This document shows, in pieces, positions 1 through 8,791 of a stretch of DNA of 32,000 bases (positions are counted from its first letter, which is position 1; each line of letters starts with the position of its first letter). Below the pieces are notes generated by a model. It did no database searches and was not told where the DNA came from. It saw only the letters and a list, made by a program, of their open reading frames with translations. Source of the stretch: Propionibacterium freudenreichii subsp. freudenreichii. GTDB taxonomy: Bacteria > Actinomycetota > Actinomycetes > Propionibacteriales > Propionibacteriaceae. The position numbers and the translations under genes were made by a program. Where the stretch lies: the NCBI RefSeq assembly GCF_000940845.1, contig NZ_CP010341.1:1890001-1922000 (forward strand). Reading direction: 5' to 3'.

Positions 1-1
1 C

Positions 2-436
2 AGCTCGAAGGAGGACGCGGCGCTGGCCAGCGTCGAGGGCTCCAACTTTGATTTCGGGGCCGTGCTCGCAGACCTTGACCTGCGCCCCGACGACAGTTGC
101 TGGAGCCTGCTGCAACGCACCTTCCGCCACAGCCTCGCCGGGGTGGGCGGCGCCACGAGTTCCCAGCTCGACCAGCTACGCATGATCCATGCGACCCCGT
201 CGTTGCGTGCCCGCCTGAGCTTCCGCCGGTTGCAGCTGGAGCCCTCGCTGACCGCGGCACTGGTGGGTCATGGCGTGCCGGCCGACCGTGCACATACCGC
301 CGCGATGGCCGGCCTGGCCGCCCTGGAGGTCGCCTGGGAACGCTGGGCACTGCACGAGAGCCCCTCGTTGGCACGTGCCCTCGACGAGGCCTTCGCTGAC
401 CTGACCGCCGCGGACAAGCCGATTTCGGCCGGCTGA
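2..436 (+). CDS. TetR/AcrR-like regulator, C-terminal part (5' end off-window)
   Basis: The frame of ORF 62..436 stays open back to nt 2. The region is helical and Ala/Leu/Arg-rich, resembling TetR C-terminal ligand domains. The HTH is not visible, so the family call is tentative. Confidence 0.4.
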   Translation, partial: SSKEDAALASVEGSNFDFGAVLADLDLRPDDSCWSLLQRTFRHSLAGVGGATSSQLDQLRMIHATPSLRARLSFRRLQLEPSLTAALVGHGVPADRAHTAAMAGLAALEVAWERWALHESPSLARALDEAFADLTAADKPISAG

Positions 437-511
437 CCGACGCCCACCCACGTGGCGAGCAGCCGTAGCGCGTCGGCCGATGCCGAGCCGGGTGCCGCGG
501 GACGGGTGATG

Positions 512-2011
512 TCAGGCAGGGATCGGGGAATCCTCGGGCGCTTCGACCACGGGAGCCGAACCCATGAGGGGCTGGCCCGCGGTCTCCTTCATCGGCACCA
601 GTGCAATGCCCGCGATCACCGCGAAGAACATGATGTAGAACGCCGGCATATAGGGGTTTCCGGTCAGCTGGATCAGCCACTGGCAGATCAGCGGCGTCGT
701 CCCGCCGAACAGCGACACCGCCAGGTTGAAGGCAATGCCCATCGCACCGAAGCGGGTTGCAGTGGGGAACAGGGCCGGCAGCGCGGACGCCGAGACCGCC
801 AGGTAGAACGAGGTGGGCACCGCGACGATGAACAGCGCACCCAGCACGGCAGCCTCGGTGCCGATCCGCATCACGGCGAACGCGGGAACCATGGTGATCA
901 GGGTGAGCACCACCGCGATCCAGTAGATGGGCTTGCGCCCGATCCGGTCACTGAGCCGGCCCAGGAAGGGCAGCGCGAACGACAGCACGATGAGCACGGG
1001 CACGGTGGCGAGCGCTGCCATCAGGTTGCCGACGCCCACTTCTTCCTCGAGGTAAGTCGGCATATAGCTGGTGAGGGCATAGGCCGAGCACTGCGTGGCC
1101 GAGACCAGCGCCATGCACACCAGGATCGGACGCCAGTGGTGGCGGATGATGCCCAGCACGCCGTGGCGGGCCATGGGATCGTCGGCAGCGGCGACGCTCA
1201 ACTCGGCGTCGAGCTCATCGGACTCCTCCTCGAAGACGGGCGTCTCGGGGATGCGCATCCGGAAGTAGATCGCCGCGGCGCCCAGCGGCAGGGCGCTGAG
1301 GAAGGGGATGCGCCAGCCGTAGTCGAGCATGGCATCGGGCCCCGATAGGTGGTTGACGATCACGGTGACCAGGCCCACCACCCCGGCTCCGGCCGCGAAG
1401 CCGATGTAGGAGCCGACGTCGAGCCAGGCGGAGTAGAAGCCGCGCTTCTTGTCGGGTGAGAACTCCGACACATAGGTGGTGGCCCCGGCGTATTCGCCGC
1501 CGGTGGAGAAGCCCTGCACCAGGCGCAGCAGATAGAGGGGCACGATCGCCCACAGGCCGATCTGTTGCGAGGTGGGCAGCACGCCGATGAGGGTCGTGGC
1601 GATGGCCATCAGCGCCATGGTGAGGAACAGCACGCTCTTGCGTCCGATGCGGTCACCAAGCGGCCCGAGGATCAGCCCGCCGATGGGACGCACCACGAAG
1701 CTCACCGCGAAGCCGAACAGCGTGATGAGCAGGCCGGCCGACCGCTCGACCCCGGAAGTGAACACAGTGGTCATGGTGACCGCCAGGTATCCGTAGATGC
1801 CGAAGCCGAACCACTCCATGAAGTTGCCCACGGCGGTGCCGGTGATCGCCTTGCGGATGGTCCGGGGATGCACCAACAGCGGCTCGACCGTTGTCGCAGC
1901 CGGCGCATCTGACGTCGCGGAGGGGTCGGGTGCTGAGCCGTGGTGAGTCACGCTGATCCTGTTCCGCCCCAGGCATTGGCCGCCTGCGACTGTCTGCACG
2001 GACGCCGTCAT
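512..2011 (-). CDS. MFS transporter, metabolite:H+ symporter (MHS, ProP/KgtP-like)
   Basis: 499-aa ORF with about 12 TM segments. It carries 'GNFMEWFGFGIYGYLA' and 'GPLGDRIGRK' motifs typical of the MHS family. The start is uncertain: a GTG at 1951 preceded by AGGA is an alternative. Confidence 0.85.
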   Translation of the reverse strand: MTASVQTVAGGQCLGRNRISVTHHGSAPDPSATSDAPAATTVEPLLVHPRTIRKAITGTAVGNFMEWFGFGIYGYLAVTMTTVFTSGVERSAGLLITLFGFAVSFVVRPIGGLILGPLGDRIGRKSVLFLTMALMAIATTLIGVLPTSQQIGLWAIVPLYLLRLVQGFSTGGEYAGATTYVSEFSPDKKRGFYSAWLDVGSYIGFAAGAGVVGLVTVIVNHLSGPDAMLDYGWRIPFLSALPLGAAAIYFRMRIPETPVFEEESDELDAELSVAAADDPMARHGVLGIIRHHWRPILVCMALVSATQCSAYALTSYMPTYLEEEVGVGNLMAALATVPVLIVLSFALPFLGRLSDRIGRKPIYWIAVVLTLITMVPAFAVMRIGTEAAVLGALFIVAVPTSFYLAVSASALPALFPTATRFGAMGIAFNLAVSLFGGTTPLICQWLIQLTGNPYMPAFYIMFFAVIAGIALVPMKETAGQPLMGSAPVVEAPEDSPIPA

Positions 2012-2089
2012 CGCGCCCGTCGGATCGCCAACGGGGTCGGCAGATCCGTGGGTCAGCGTACCGGTGAACCGCCCGCCACAGGCTGGTGT

Positions 2090-3556
2090 TCAGGACGTTG
2101 GCAACGGCCGATGACGCAGTGATTGCAGGTCGAGGGCGCTGATCGCACCGGCCGCCACGAGCGCCGCCGAGGCGACCATCGCCGCCCTGAACCCGGCAGC
2201 GAACCGGCCGACCGGGGCCATGGCGCCGAACGCCGTGAAGACCATCACGGCAATGGCTGTGCCCATCGCGCCACCAAGTTGGCGGAACATATTGAACACC
2301 CCCGAGGCGATTCCGGTCTGCGTCCGGTCCACCGCGCCGAGCACGGCCTTCTGCAGGGCGGGCCCCGCCATGGAGATGCCCATCCCGGACAGCACGAGCG
2401 GCGCGACCATCGTGCTGTAACGGGCTCCGGGCGACAGGCTGAGGGCGAGCCACAGGTACCCGACGGCCTGGAGCAGCAGGCTCACCAGCGCCACGAGTCG
2501 TTCACCCAAGCGGTCGACGATGCGACCTGCCAACGGCGAGAAGACGACCAATGTGCCCGTCCACGGAAGCAATTCGAGTCCGGCGCGCAGTGCGCTCGCA
2601 CCGGTCACCGCCTGCAGGTACTGGGGCAGCAGGAACACCACGCCGTACATGGCCGCATAGAGCAGGAAAGTGGCCACTGCGCCGCCACTGAAGGCCGACG
2701 ACCGGAACAGGCCGAGCGGCACCATGGGAGTCGATTCCCGGTGCTGGTGCACGATGAATGCCACGGCCAGCAGGATGCCGAGGGCACCGACCACTGTCGG
2801 CGGGACCATGCTGGCATGCGTCACCGATTCCGACAGCGCCCACACGATGGCGCCCGAGGCAGCGACCACCAGCACCGAATCGAGCGGGTGCGGCCAATCG
2901 CCACCCACGTGAGACTCGGCCAGCCTGCGCCATGACAAATAGGCCCCCACAAGGCCGATGGGCACGTTGATCCAGAAGATCCAGTTCCATCCCCAGGTGG
3001 AGACGATGACGCCACCCAGGGCCGGTCCGATGATGAGCGCCAATCCCCCGACGCCGCTCCAGATGCCCAGTGCCCGACCTCTTGTGGCGGCGGGGAATGC
3101 GCTGGTGAGGATGGCCATTGACATCGGCGTCATCACCGAGGCACCGATCCCCTGCACCACCCGTGCCGCAATGAGCACGTCGAGTGTCGGCGACAGGGCT
3201 GCGACCACCGAGCCGACGACGAACACGATGAGTCCGACGACATACATGCGCCGGTAGCCCAACCTGGCGCCGAGGGCCACGCCGATCAAGAGGAAGGCGG
3301 CGACTGCAACGTTGTAGGCATTCAGCATCCACTGCAGTTGGCCGACCGTGGCCCCGAAGTCAGCGCGGATGGCCGTGGACGCAGTGGTGACGATCATCGA
3401 GTCCATCATGGCCATGAAGAATCCAAGCGAGGTGAGCGCCAGCACCCAGCGCTGGCCGCTCGTCGGAGGCACACGCCCTGTGGTGGTCCGGTCGTCGCCT
3501 CGGACGACACCCTTCCAGTTCAATTGTTCTACTTCTTTTGAACTATAGAGCGGCAT
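2090..3556 (-). CDS. MFS drug:H+ antiporter, DHA2 (EmrB/QacA-like, 14 TM)
   Basis: 488-aa ORF with 'LGFFMAMMDSMIVTTASTAI...LQWMLNAYNVAVAAFLL' typical of DHA2. GGGAGGAG lies 7 nt upstream of the ATG at 3556. Confidence 0.85.
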   Translation of the reverse strand: MPLYSSKEVEQLNWKGVVRGDDRTTTGRVPPTSGQRWVLALTSLGFFMAMMDSMIVTTASTAIRADFGATVGQLQWMLNAYNVAVAAFLLIGVALGARLGYRRMYVVGLIVFVVGSVVAALSPTLDVLIAARVVQGIGASVMTPMSMAILTSAFPAATRGRALGIWSGVGGLALIIGPALGGVIVSTWGWNWIFWINVPIGLVGAYLSWRRLAESHVGGDWPHPLDSVLVVAASGAIVWALSESVTHASMVPPTVVGALGILLAVAFIVHQHRESTPMVPLGLFRSSAFSGGAVATFLLYAAMYGVVFLLPQYLQAVTGASALRAGLELLPWTGTLVVFSPLAGRIVDRLGERLVALVSLLLQAVGYLWLALSLSPGARYSTMVAPLVLSGMGISMAGPALQKAVLGAVDRTQTGIASGVFNMFRQLGGAMGTAIAVMVFTAFGAMAPVGRFAAGFRAAMVASAALVAAGAISALDLQSLRHRPLPTS

Positions 3557-3595
3557 GAGCCACTCCTCCCTTGCTGGATGAGAGTTGGGTCCCGA

Positions 3596-3907
3596 CTACA
3601 GCGTGTCGAAGAACCTGGTCAGGTACTTGTCGAGGGTCTCGTAATTGAGCGAGACGTACTTCTCCCGGGACTCCTTGCGGGTGATGGTCAAGCGAGCTTC
3701 GCGCAGCACCTTGAAGTGGTACGACCCGGCGGACTTGCTGATGTCGACGACCCCGCCGATCTCCCCACACGTCACGCCGCGATGCACCTGGTTGAGATAG
3801 CGGATGATCTGGAGCCTGATGGGATCCGACAGGGCCTTGAACACCTTCACCCGCGCCTCGTCCTCCATGTCAGTGGATGACGAGCCCCCCATCAGTTCAA
3901 CAGTCAT
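3596..3907 (-). CDS. ArsR/SmtB-family transcriptional regulator
   Basis: Contains the winged-HTH sequence 'FKALSDPIRLQIIRYL...GEIGGVVDISKSAGSYHFKVLREARL'. It lies immediately upstream of the DHA2 transporter on the same strand. The start is chosen at the internal ATG 3907; the longer 3596..4000 ORF would overlap the MarR gene. There is no clear SD. Confidence 0.75.
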   Translation of the reverse strand: MTVELMGGSSSTDMEDEARVKVFKALSDPIRLQIIRYLNQVHRGVTCGEIGGVVDISKSAGSYHFKVLREARLTITRKESREKYVSLNYETLDKYLTRFFDTL

Positions 3908-3913
3908 GCGACT

Positions 3914-3938
3914 ATCGTACACCGATTCCGTGGACGAT
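3914..3938. promoter_or_regulatory. Candidate ArsR operator (imperfect inverted repeat)
   Basis: ATCGTACAC-N7-GTGGACGAT has 8 of 9 positions complementary. It begins 7 nt upstream of the proposed ArsR start. Confidence 0.3.
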
Positions 3939-3983
3939 CCCTCGAGACCCTCACCAGACACGAACAGAAGGGCGTAACTCTGA

Positions 3984-4418
3984 TCAGCGCAGCGCTTCAA
4001 TGCAGCTGTTCAGCGCATCGTGGAGGTCCGTGCGCTGCGCATCGTCCAACGACCCCACCATGCGCATCACAACTACCCCGACGGCTTCCGCAGCCTGAAT
4101 CAACAGTGCGGACCCCTCGCCTGTGAGCGATACCGGACGGGCGCGGCCATGGGGCGCCTCCTCAGCCCGGGCCACCAGACCCCTCGCCTCAAGGCCACGA
4201 AGCAACACATTCATCGTCTGGCGAGTGACGAAGGCGCGTCGGGCAAGCTCGGAGTTCGACGCCCCTCGAGTCTGCTCCAGCGCAGTGAGGCAGGCATATT
4301 GCGGCGTCGTCAGCCCAAGGGGGCGAAGCACCTCGTCCATCCGGGCACGCAACACGGCCTGGACTTCCTTCAGCTGGCAACCGATCTGCCGACCGATACC
4401 CATGACATCTTGATCCAT
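3984..4418 (-). CDS. MarR-family transcriptional regulator
   Basis: Contains the MarR winged helix 'LGLTTPQYACLTALEQTRGASNSELARRAFVTRQTMNVLLRGLEARGLV'. The start is uncertain (ATG at 4445, 4418 or 4403). The later starts are preferred because the operator palindromes lie at 4417-4461. Confidence 0.8.
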   Translation of the reverse strand: MDQDVMGIGRQIGCQLKEVQAVLRARMDEVLRPLGLTTPQYACLTALEQTRGASNSELARRAFVTRQTMNVLLRGLEARGLVARAEEAPHGRARPVSLTGEGSALLIQAAEAVGVVVMRMVGSLDDAQRTDLHDALNSCIEALR

Positions 4419-4461
4419 GTCAGTATTTTGACATATAGTGTCCATGTCAGGGCACTGACAT
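4417..4461. promoter_or_regulatory. Two tandem perfect palindromes ATGTCA-N6-TGACAT (putative MarR operators)
   Basis: The palindromes are 4417-4434 'ATGTCAgtatttTGACAT' and 4444-4461 'ATGTCAgggcacTGACAT', with centres 27 bp apart. They sit in the divergent MarR/VOC intergenic region. An extra TGACAT half-site lies at 4403-4408. Confidence 0.55.
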
Positions 4462-4481
4462 CCATCTCAGGAAGAAGCACC

Positions 4482-4850
4482 ATGACCGTCACCGGACCAG
4501 ACTTCATCGCCCTTCAGGTACGCGACCTTGATCGCTCTGCAAGGTTCTACGAGACCCAGCTGGGCCTTCATCGCGCGCCCGTCTCGCCGCCCGGCGCCGT
4601 GGTTTTCGCCACCTCACCCATCCCCTTTGCGCTGCGCGAGCCGCTGCCGGGCGTTGACCTCAACCAGCCGTCACGGCCCGGCCTGGGCGTTGCCCTGTGG
4701 CTGCTCGGCGACGATGTGCAGGCCTTGCACGACGCGCTTGCGGACGCGGGCGTCAAGATCCTCCAACCCCCGACTGCGGGGCCTTTCGGACTCACGTTCA
4801 CCTTTGCCGATCCCGATGGATATGCCGTCACGGTGCACGACAAGCACTGA
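4482..4850 (+). CDS. VOC-family protein (glyoxalase/bleomycin-resistance/dioxygenase fold)
   Basis: The internal ATG 4482 of ORF 4020..4850 is preceded by AGGAAGAAG. 'FIALQVRDLDRSARFYETQLGL' and 'FADPDGYAVTVHD' are typical VOC beta-alpha-beta modules. The gene is divergent from MarR. Confidence 0.8.
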   Translation: MTVTGPDFIALQVRDLDRSARFYETQLGLHRAPVSPPGAVVFATSPIPFALREPLPGVDLNQPSRPGLGVALWLLGDDVQALHDALADAGVKILQPPTAGPFGLTFTFADPDGYAVTVHDKH

Positions 4851-4899
4851 GGTCACCGTGCCCGGGCGCCCCGGGAGATGCGGCCAGACACCTGCTTGT

Positions 4900-5307
4900 T
4901 CATCCGGCACGGATGATCTGCGACTCCCCCGGGAGCACCGGGTTCCCGGCCGCGTCGAACGCGATCGGGAGCCCCACGGCACGGTCCCATTGGACAGTGT
5001 CGGTGGCCTGGACATGCACGTGGGGCTGGCTGCTGTTCCCCGAATTCCCGCAGGACGCGATCGGCTCGCCGCGATGGACCATGTCCCCCGCGCTGACGGT
5101 CAGCGATCCCTGCTGAAGGTGGGCGATCAGGACGAACGGCCCGTCCCCACCGATCCGGATCACGATGTGGTTGCCGGCAACCCCGGCCGCTCCTGCCCTG
5201 AGACGCCTCGGCTGTCCCAGTGCATAGGGGATGAGTGCGAGTTGGGAGCGTCGGGCCCTGTGGTCCGGCCCCCTCCGCTCAAAGCCACGATGCTTCGACC
5301 GACTCAC
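4900..5307 (-). pseudogene. M23-family metallopeptidase, 3' portion only (5'-truncated)
   Basis: Contains 'GEPIASCGNSGNSSQPHVHVQ' (the LytM/M23 GxSGxSxxPHLH motif) and 'ARRSQLALIPYALGQ'. The upstream HxxxD-containing half expected in this family is absent. The recognisable sequence ends where the AT-richer DNA begins, at about 5300. Confidence 0.6.
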
Positions 5308-5503
5308 AAGCCTGACAAACTGGCCCCAAGCGGAAGCAGTTCAACAACTTCGGTCGGTCGCCACTATTCCCCCCATACCGCCCCTGCAAGGAAGAGCGCA
5401 TAGAGCATGTGCCGGCAGGCGTTACCACCGTCTTGGCGACAAGGTGGACCGAGAATCCCTTCACGCGGCTCCATGGGAATGCGCAATCTGAGAGAATGGC
5501 CAA

Positions 5504-6496
5504 GTGAGCCAACAGTCCAGTCGGGTTGCACCCCGCGTCTTCATGTCGTACTCCCATGACGACAAAGAACACCGAGACTGGGTGTTGGCACTTGCAACGC
5601 GCCTGCGCGCCGATGGAGTAGATGTGTGTCTGGATCGTTGGGACGTCACGCTCGGCGGGAATTTGGCTCACTTCATGGAAAAGGCAGCTAATGCCTCGTA
5701 CCGAGTAGTGGCTGTAATTTCTGCGAGCTATGCCAGAAAAGCTGACGAGCGCAAAGGTGGAACAGGCGTAGAAGCGCAGATGCTCTCCACCAGACTCTAC
5801 GAATCAATGCACTCCGATCAAGTCATACCAATTATTCGTAATAATCCTACAGCCCCACCCCTTCTCCCCGCATTCCTAGGTGGGAGACTATGGCTTGATT
5901 TCAGAGATGACCAAGCCATGGAAGCGGCGTATGAACGCCTAATACGCGACATCCACAACGCCCCTGTGGATATCGTCCCCACCCTAGGGCCAAACCCTTT
6001 TGAGGGAAAGAGCGACATCGAAGCTAGGCTTGAGATCCGCAACTCTCCACTCCGCTGGCACAGCCCAGGACTCACAGGTGACGTAGAATTCATCTATTCC
6101 CAGAATAGTGGAATGTACACGATTGGCACAGGGTCGTGCCAATTCACCCTGGAACTTTCACCGCGAGGAACTTCCAGTGTGTACGCCTACCGTGACCCCC
6201 TTGACATCAAGCACGTCGCGATGATCGAGAAGGGTGAAAGTCGCCGCCCACTGTTAACCGATGTCTCCCAATTCGACACCAGCAGCCGCGCCGTTGGCGC
6301 TGGGATCGACGACGCTATCGTCCTCCACAACAAGAATGACTACTGGGCGATCGTCATAATCACAGCCATATTTGAACGACAGAAGCTAAATCCGGAGAAG
6401 GTCATTCAATTTCGGTATACCATTCAATCGAACAGAACGGCGAACCTTCATGATGCAGTGCCAGATAATCAATCTCAAGACGGTGGGAAACTCTGA
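5504..6496 (+). CDS. TIR/SEFIR-type domain protein with uncharacterised C-terminal domain
   Basis: GTG start directly after an in-frame TGA. The N-terminal roughly 150 aa read 'RVFMSYSHDDKEHRDWVLALATRLRADGVDVCLDRWDV..GGNLAHFMEKA..YRVVAVISASYARKADERKGGTGVEAQ', which are bacterial TIR-like hallmarks. The C-terminal roughly 175 aa have no recognisable motif. Composition is AT-richer than the surroundings. Confidence 0.8.
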   Translation: MSQQSSRVAPRVFMSYSHDDKEHRDWVLALATRLRADGVDVCLDRWDVTLGGNLAHFMEKAANASYRVVAVISASYARKADERKGGTGVEAQMLSTRLYESMHSDQVIPIIRNNPTAPPLLPAFLGGRLWLDFRDDQAMEAAYERLIRDIHNAPVDIVPTLGPNPFEGKSDIEARLEIRNSPLRWHSPGLTGDVEFIYSQNSGMYTIGTGSCQFTLELSPRGTSSVYAYRDPLDIKHVAMIEKGESRRPLLTDVSQFDTSSRAVGAGIDDAIVLHNKNDYWAIVIITAIFERQKLNPEKVIQFRYTIQSNRTANLHDAVPDNQSQDGGKL

Positions 6497-7592
6497 TCTA
6501 GCGACTTACGTCGTACATCTCCCGAGCAACAGACCACCATATGAACTTCACATAACGAGAGGTATTTTTGCGAACTACAGTTGGCATTCAGCTGAATCAA
6601 CGGACCGCAATCTGCGTCATCGGTCGTCACCGTCTTAGCACGAATCCATCCCCGGCCAAGACCCGCGCTGACAACCCCTTCACCGAAAGACGACGCACCA
6701 GGCTATCACCGATTTGATTCGAGACCGCTTCGATCGCGAGGCGCAACCCTTATGACCAAGTGTGGTTCAGAAGGACGTTGTTTATGCGTTGCCAAACTCT
6801 GGATCGCCGATAGCTTACTCGTCGCGCTCAGCATATTGTCGATAGTGATCCCAAGGAATTACCGCGGTTGACCGGGTCGTTACAATTTCATAAGCCCGCA
6901 CGGGGCCGGCTGAACTTCGACCCCGCCGATCCGACCGGAAGTCTCTGATTGTGGTGGCTCCGGCTCCATTGTCCCGGATTCGACGTTGACAAGACGCGAG
7001 CAGCTAATCATGGCGCAGTACGGATAGGTGTAGCAAGACCACCAACCACCATCGGAAGTGTGGCCGTTCTTCTTCACGTTCCGGTGCGTGCTGTGGCCGG
7101 AAACCGGACGATGCTTCGGTCCGAGCGGCTATCCGAGGCCCTGGGCCTCCACGTCGAGCCTCAGGGGAAATCCCGCGCATTCAACCGCCGCGTCATGGCC
7201 CGCAGATCAAGTCGGTGCATGTAGACGGCCCACCTCGCGACCCATGCACCATGGCGGTGGCTTGCGCCCGAATGGCCTAGCCTTCCTCACCCAGAACGGT
7301 GGTGGGAACGATCCGGGAGCCCCTCACACAGAAGCCGGATGTCCCACTTCGTCACACTCGCCCGGATCCCCATGCCTCGGGTGCAACATAGGTAATTGGA
7401 GCCAACCCGAGGCGTGAACGTGGGACTCGGGCCAGCGATGCCGCTGAGGCGCCGGGAGTACATCAGCGCGGATCAGAACGCACTGACTCTCTTTCAAGAT
7501 CAGGTGATTCGTCGCCATCTGTCCTGCATCACTCCCCACGCAGTCCCCCTCATCGCCAACACATGACGACAACTTCTTGTGCCCCACAACGC

Positions 7593-7853
7593 CTAGCCGA
7601 TGGCCATGAGGCAGACCACGGCAACCAGCAGGAGCAGGATGACAATCGTCACGGACACAACGAGTCCGGAACTTCCGGGTTGCCTGGTCCCACCATCCCG
7701 GAAGGGTGGACCCGTGGGCGATGAGTTCATCCCGGGCATCATTCCGAGATCCGGCCTGATCGGGCCCCGCTTGCCCTGATCCGTTTGCATGTCCCGATCC
7801 ATCACAGCCCCCCTCCAAGAAAGAAGACCCCTGCTGACCTGCCGGCCGATCAT
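7593..7853 (-). CDS. Small tail-anchored membrane protein (hypothetical)
   Basis: 86-aa ORF whose ATG overlaps the upstream gene's stop (ATGA at 7850-7853). It has a Pro/Gly-rich soluble part and a single C-terminal TM, 'LVVSVTIVILLLLVAVVCLMAIG'. No homology was recognised. Confidence 0.4.
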   Translation of the reverse strand: MIGRQVSRGLLSWRGAVMDRDMQTDQGKRGPIRPDLGMMPGMNSSPTGPPFRDGGTRQPGSSGLVVSVTIVILLLLVAVVCLMAIG

Positions 7854-8629
7854 GCCGCCGGTGACCCCGAGCCGCCGATGGTGCGGGGCCGTCTTCGCAC
7901 TCTAGGAGCATTGGGCACGAAATTCGCGGGTTGGGAATCAGGCCCCAATAAATCCCGCTTCGAAAGGCGGGCATGCCGCACCACCATGTAAACGCCCACC
8001 GAGACCGCCGATAACCCCATACCGATGCCGAACCACCCGTTGTACCGGGAAGGATCCCCGCCCTCACCAGCAAAGGAGAGCAACGCAGTCTGTGTGATCA
8101 CCAACAGCACGAGCGATGCCGCCAGGTTGCTGAGCTTGATGGCCTCCATCAGGGGATTACGTCGTCGACCTGACGACAACAGGCCGTGGACGGCCATCGC
8201 CAACTCCGTGAACGTGATCGTGGCGATGGCGATTGCCTGGACGCGGCTGTAATTGCCACTACTACTCGAGCCAAGCGCCAATGGAAGGCAGGAGACCGCA
8301 AAGGCAGCAGAGAACACGATGACCAGCACCCCAATCACCTGATATGCGCGCGGCAGCACGCAAGCGCTGGCTGAACCCGCTCCCCATGCAGCCCTGATCA
8401 CCACGACCTTCATCGCGGCCAGGCCAAGTGTGAACAGGACATTTGCCGCCATGAAGGCGGAGAATCCCGTGAACAATACGACGCCCTTCGCGCCCGCCAT
8501 CGCCAGGTGCCCCGGCACCGCGAGCACACTGAAGTAGAGATAGCGAAGATTGGCGTCACCCATTCCCCTGCGAATCTTCGCCAGGCCGTCGCGCACGGGG
8601 AGGTTCGACGGCGGATCTTCGGACTGCAT
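7850..8629 (-). CDS. Polytopic (about 6 TM) membrane protein, unknown function
   Basis: Internal ATG 8629 ('MQSEDPP') of ORF 7850..8680, with repeated hydrophobic segments. It lies downstream of the HK/RR pair on the same strand. Confidence 0.55.
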   Translation of the reverse strand: MQSEDPPSNLPVRDGLAKIRRGMGDANLRYLYFSVLAVPGHLAMAGAKGVVLFTGFSAFMAANVLFTLGLAAMKVVVIRAAWGAGSASACVLPRAYQVIGVLVIVFSAAFAVSCLPLALGSSSSGNYSRVQAIAIATITFTELAMAVHGLLSSGRRRNPLMEAIKLSNLAASLVLLVITQTALLSFAGEGGDPSRYNGWFGIGMGLSAVSVGVYMVVRHARLSKRDLLGPDSQPANFVPNAPRVRRRPRTIGGSGSPAA

Positions 8630-8791
8630 GGCGCATCGCCTCCTGCTGGGGTGGACATCTGGCGGCCTGATCGACCACACACACCACCATCACAGCGGGG
8701 AGCCGCGGCCGCGTCCTCCCAACGCAGCTGGATCACTACTGCATCCGCCGTAGTACAGGCCAAATCCAACTGGCGCGCCGAACCGTCCTCC

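Noticed and set aside
452-1348. 298-aa plus-strand ORF rich in Arg/His/Glu/Gly
   Set aside because: It is antisense to the MHS transporter, whose sense frame has clear TM periodicity and family motifs.
6960-7000. tRNA-like T-loop ('GGATTCGAC', minus strand) that could mark an integration site
   Set aside because: The flanking bases do not form a T-stem, acceptor stem or CCA-proximal structure, so this is not a tRNA or tRNA fragment that I can support.
5344-7576. 8-bp direct repeat ACAACTTC at 5344-5351 and 7569-7576 as possible island att/target duplication
   Set aside because: It is short enough to occur by chance between two approximately 60-bp edge windows, and no integrase or flanking IR supports it. 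It is noted only as something to test.
7324-8073. 249-aa minus-strand ORF spanning 7324-8073
   Set aside because: It overlaps, out of frame, the 6-TM and tail-anchored genes, which have better coding features. The non-overlapping part (7324-7590) has no recognisable domain and is treated as part of the ORF-poor stretch.
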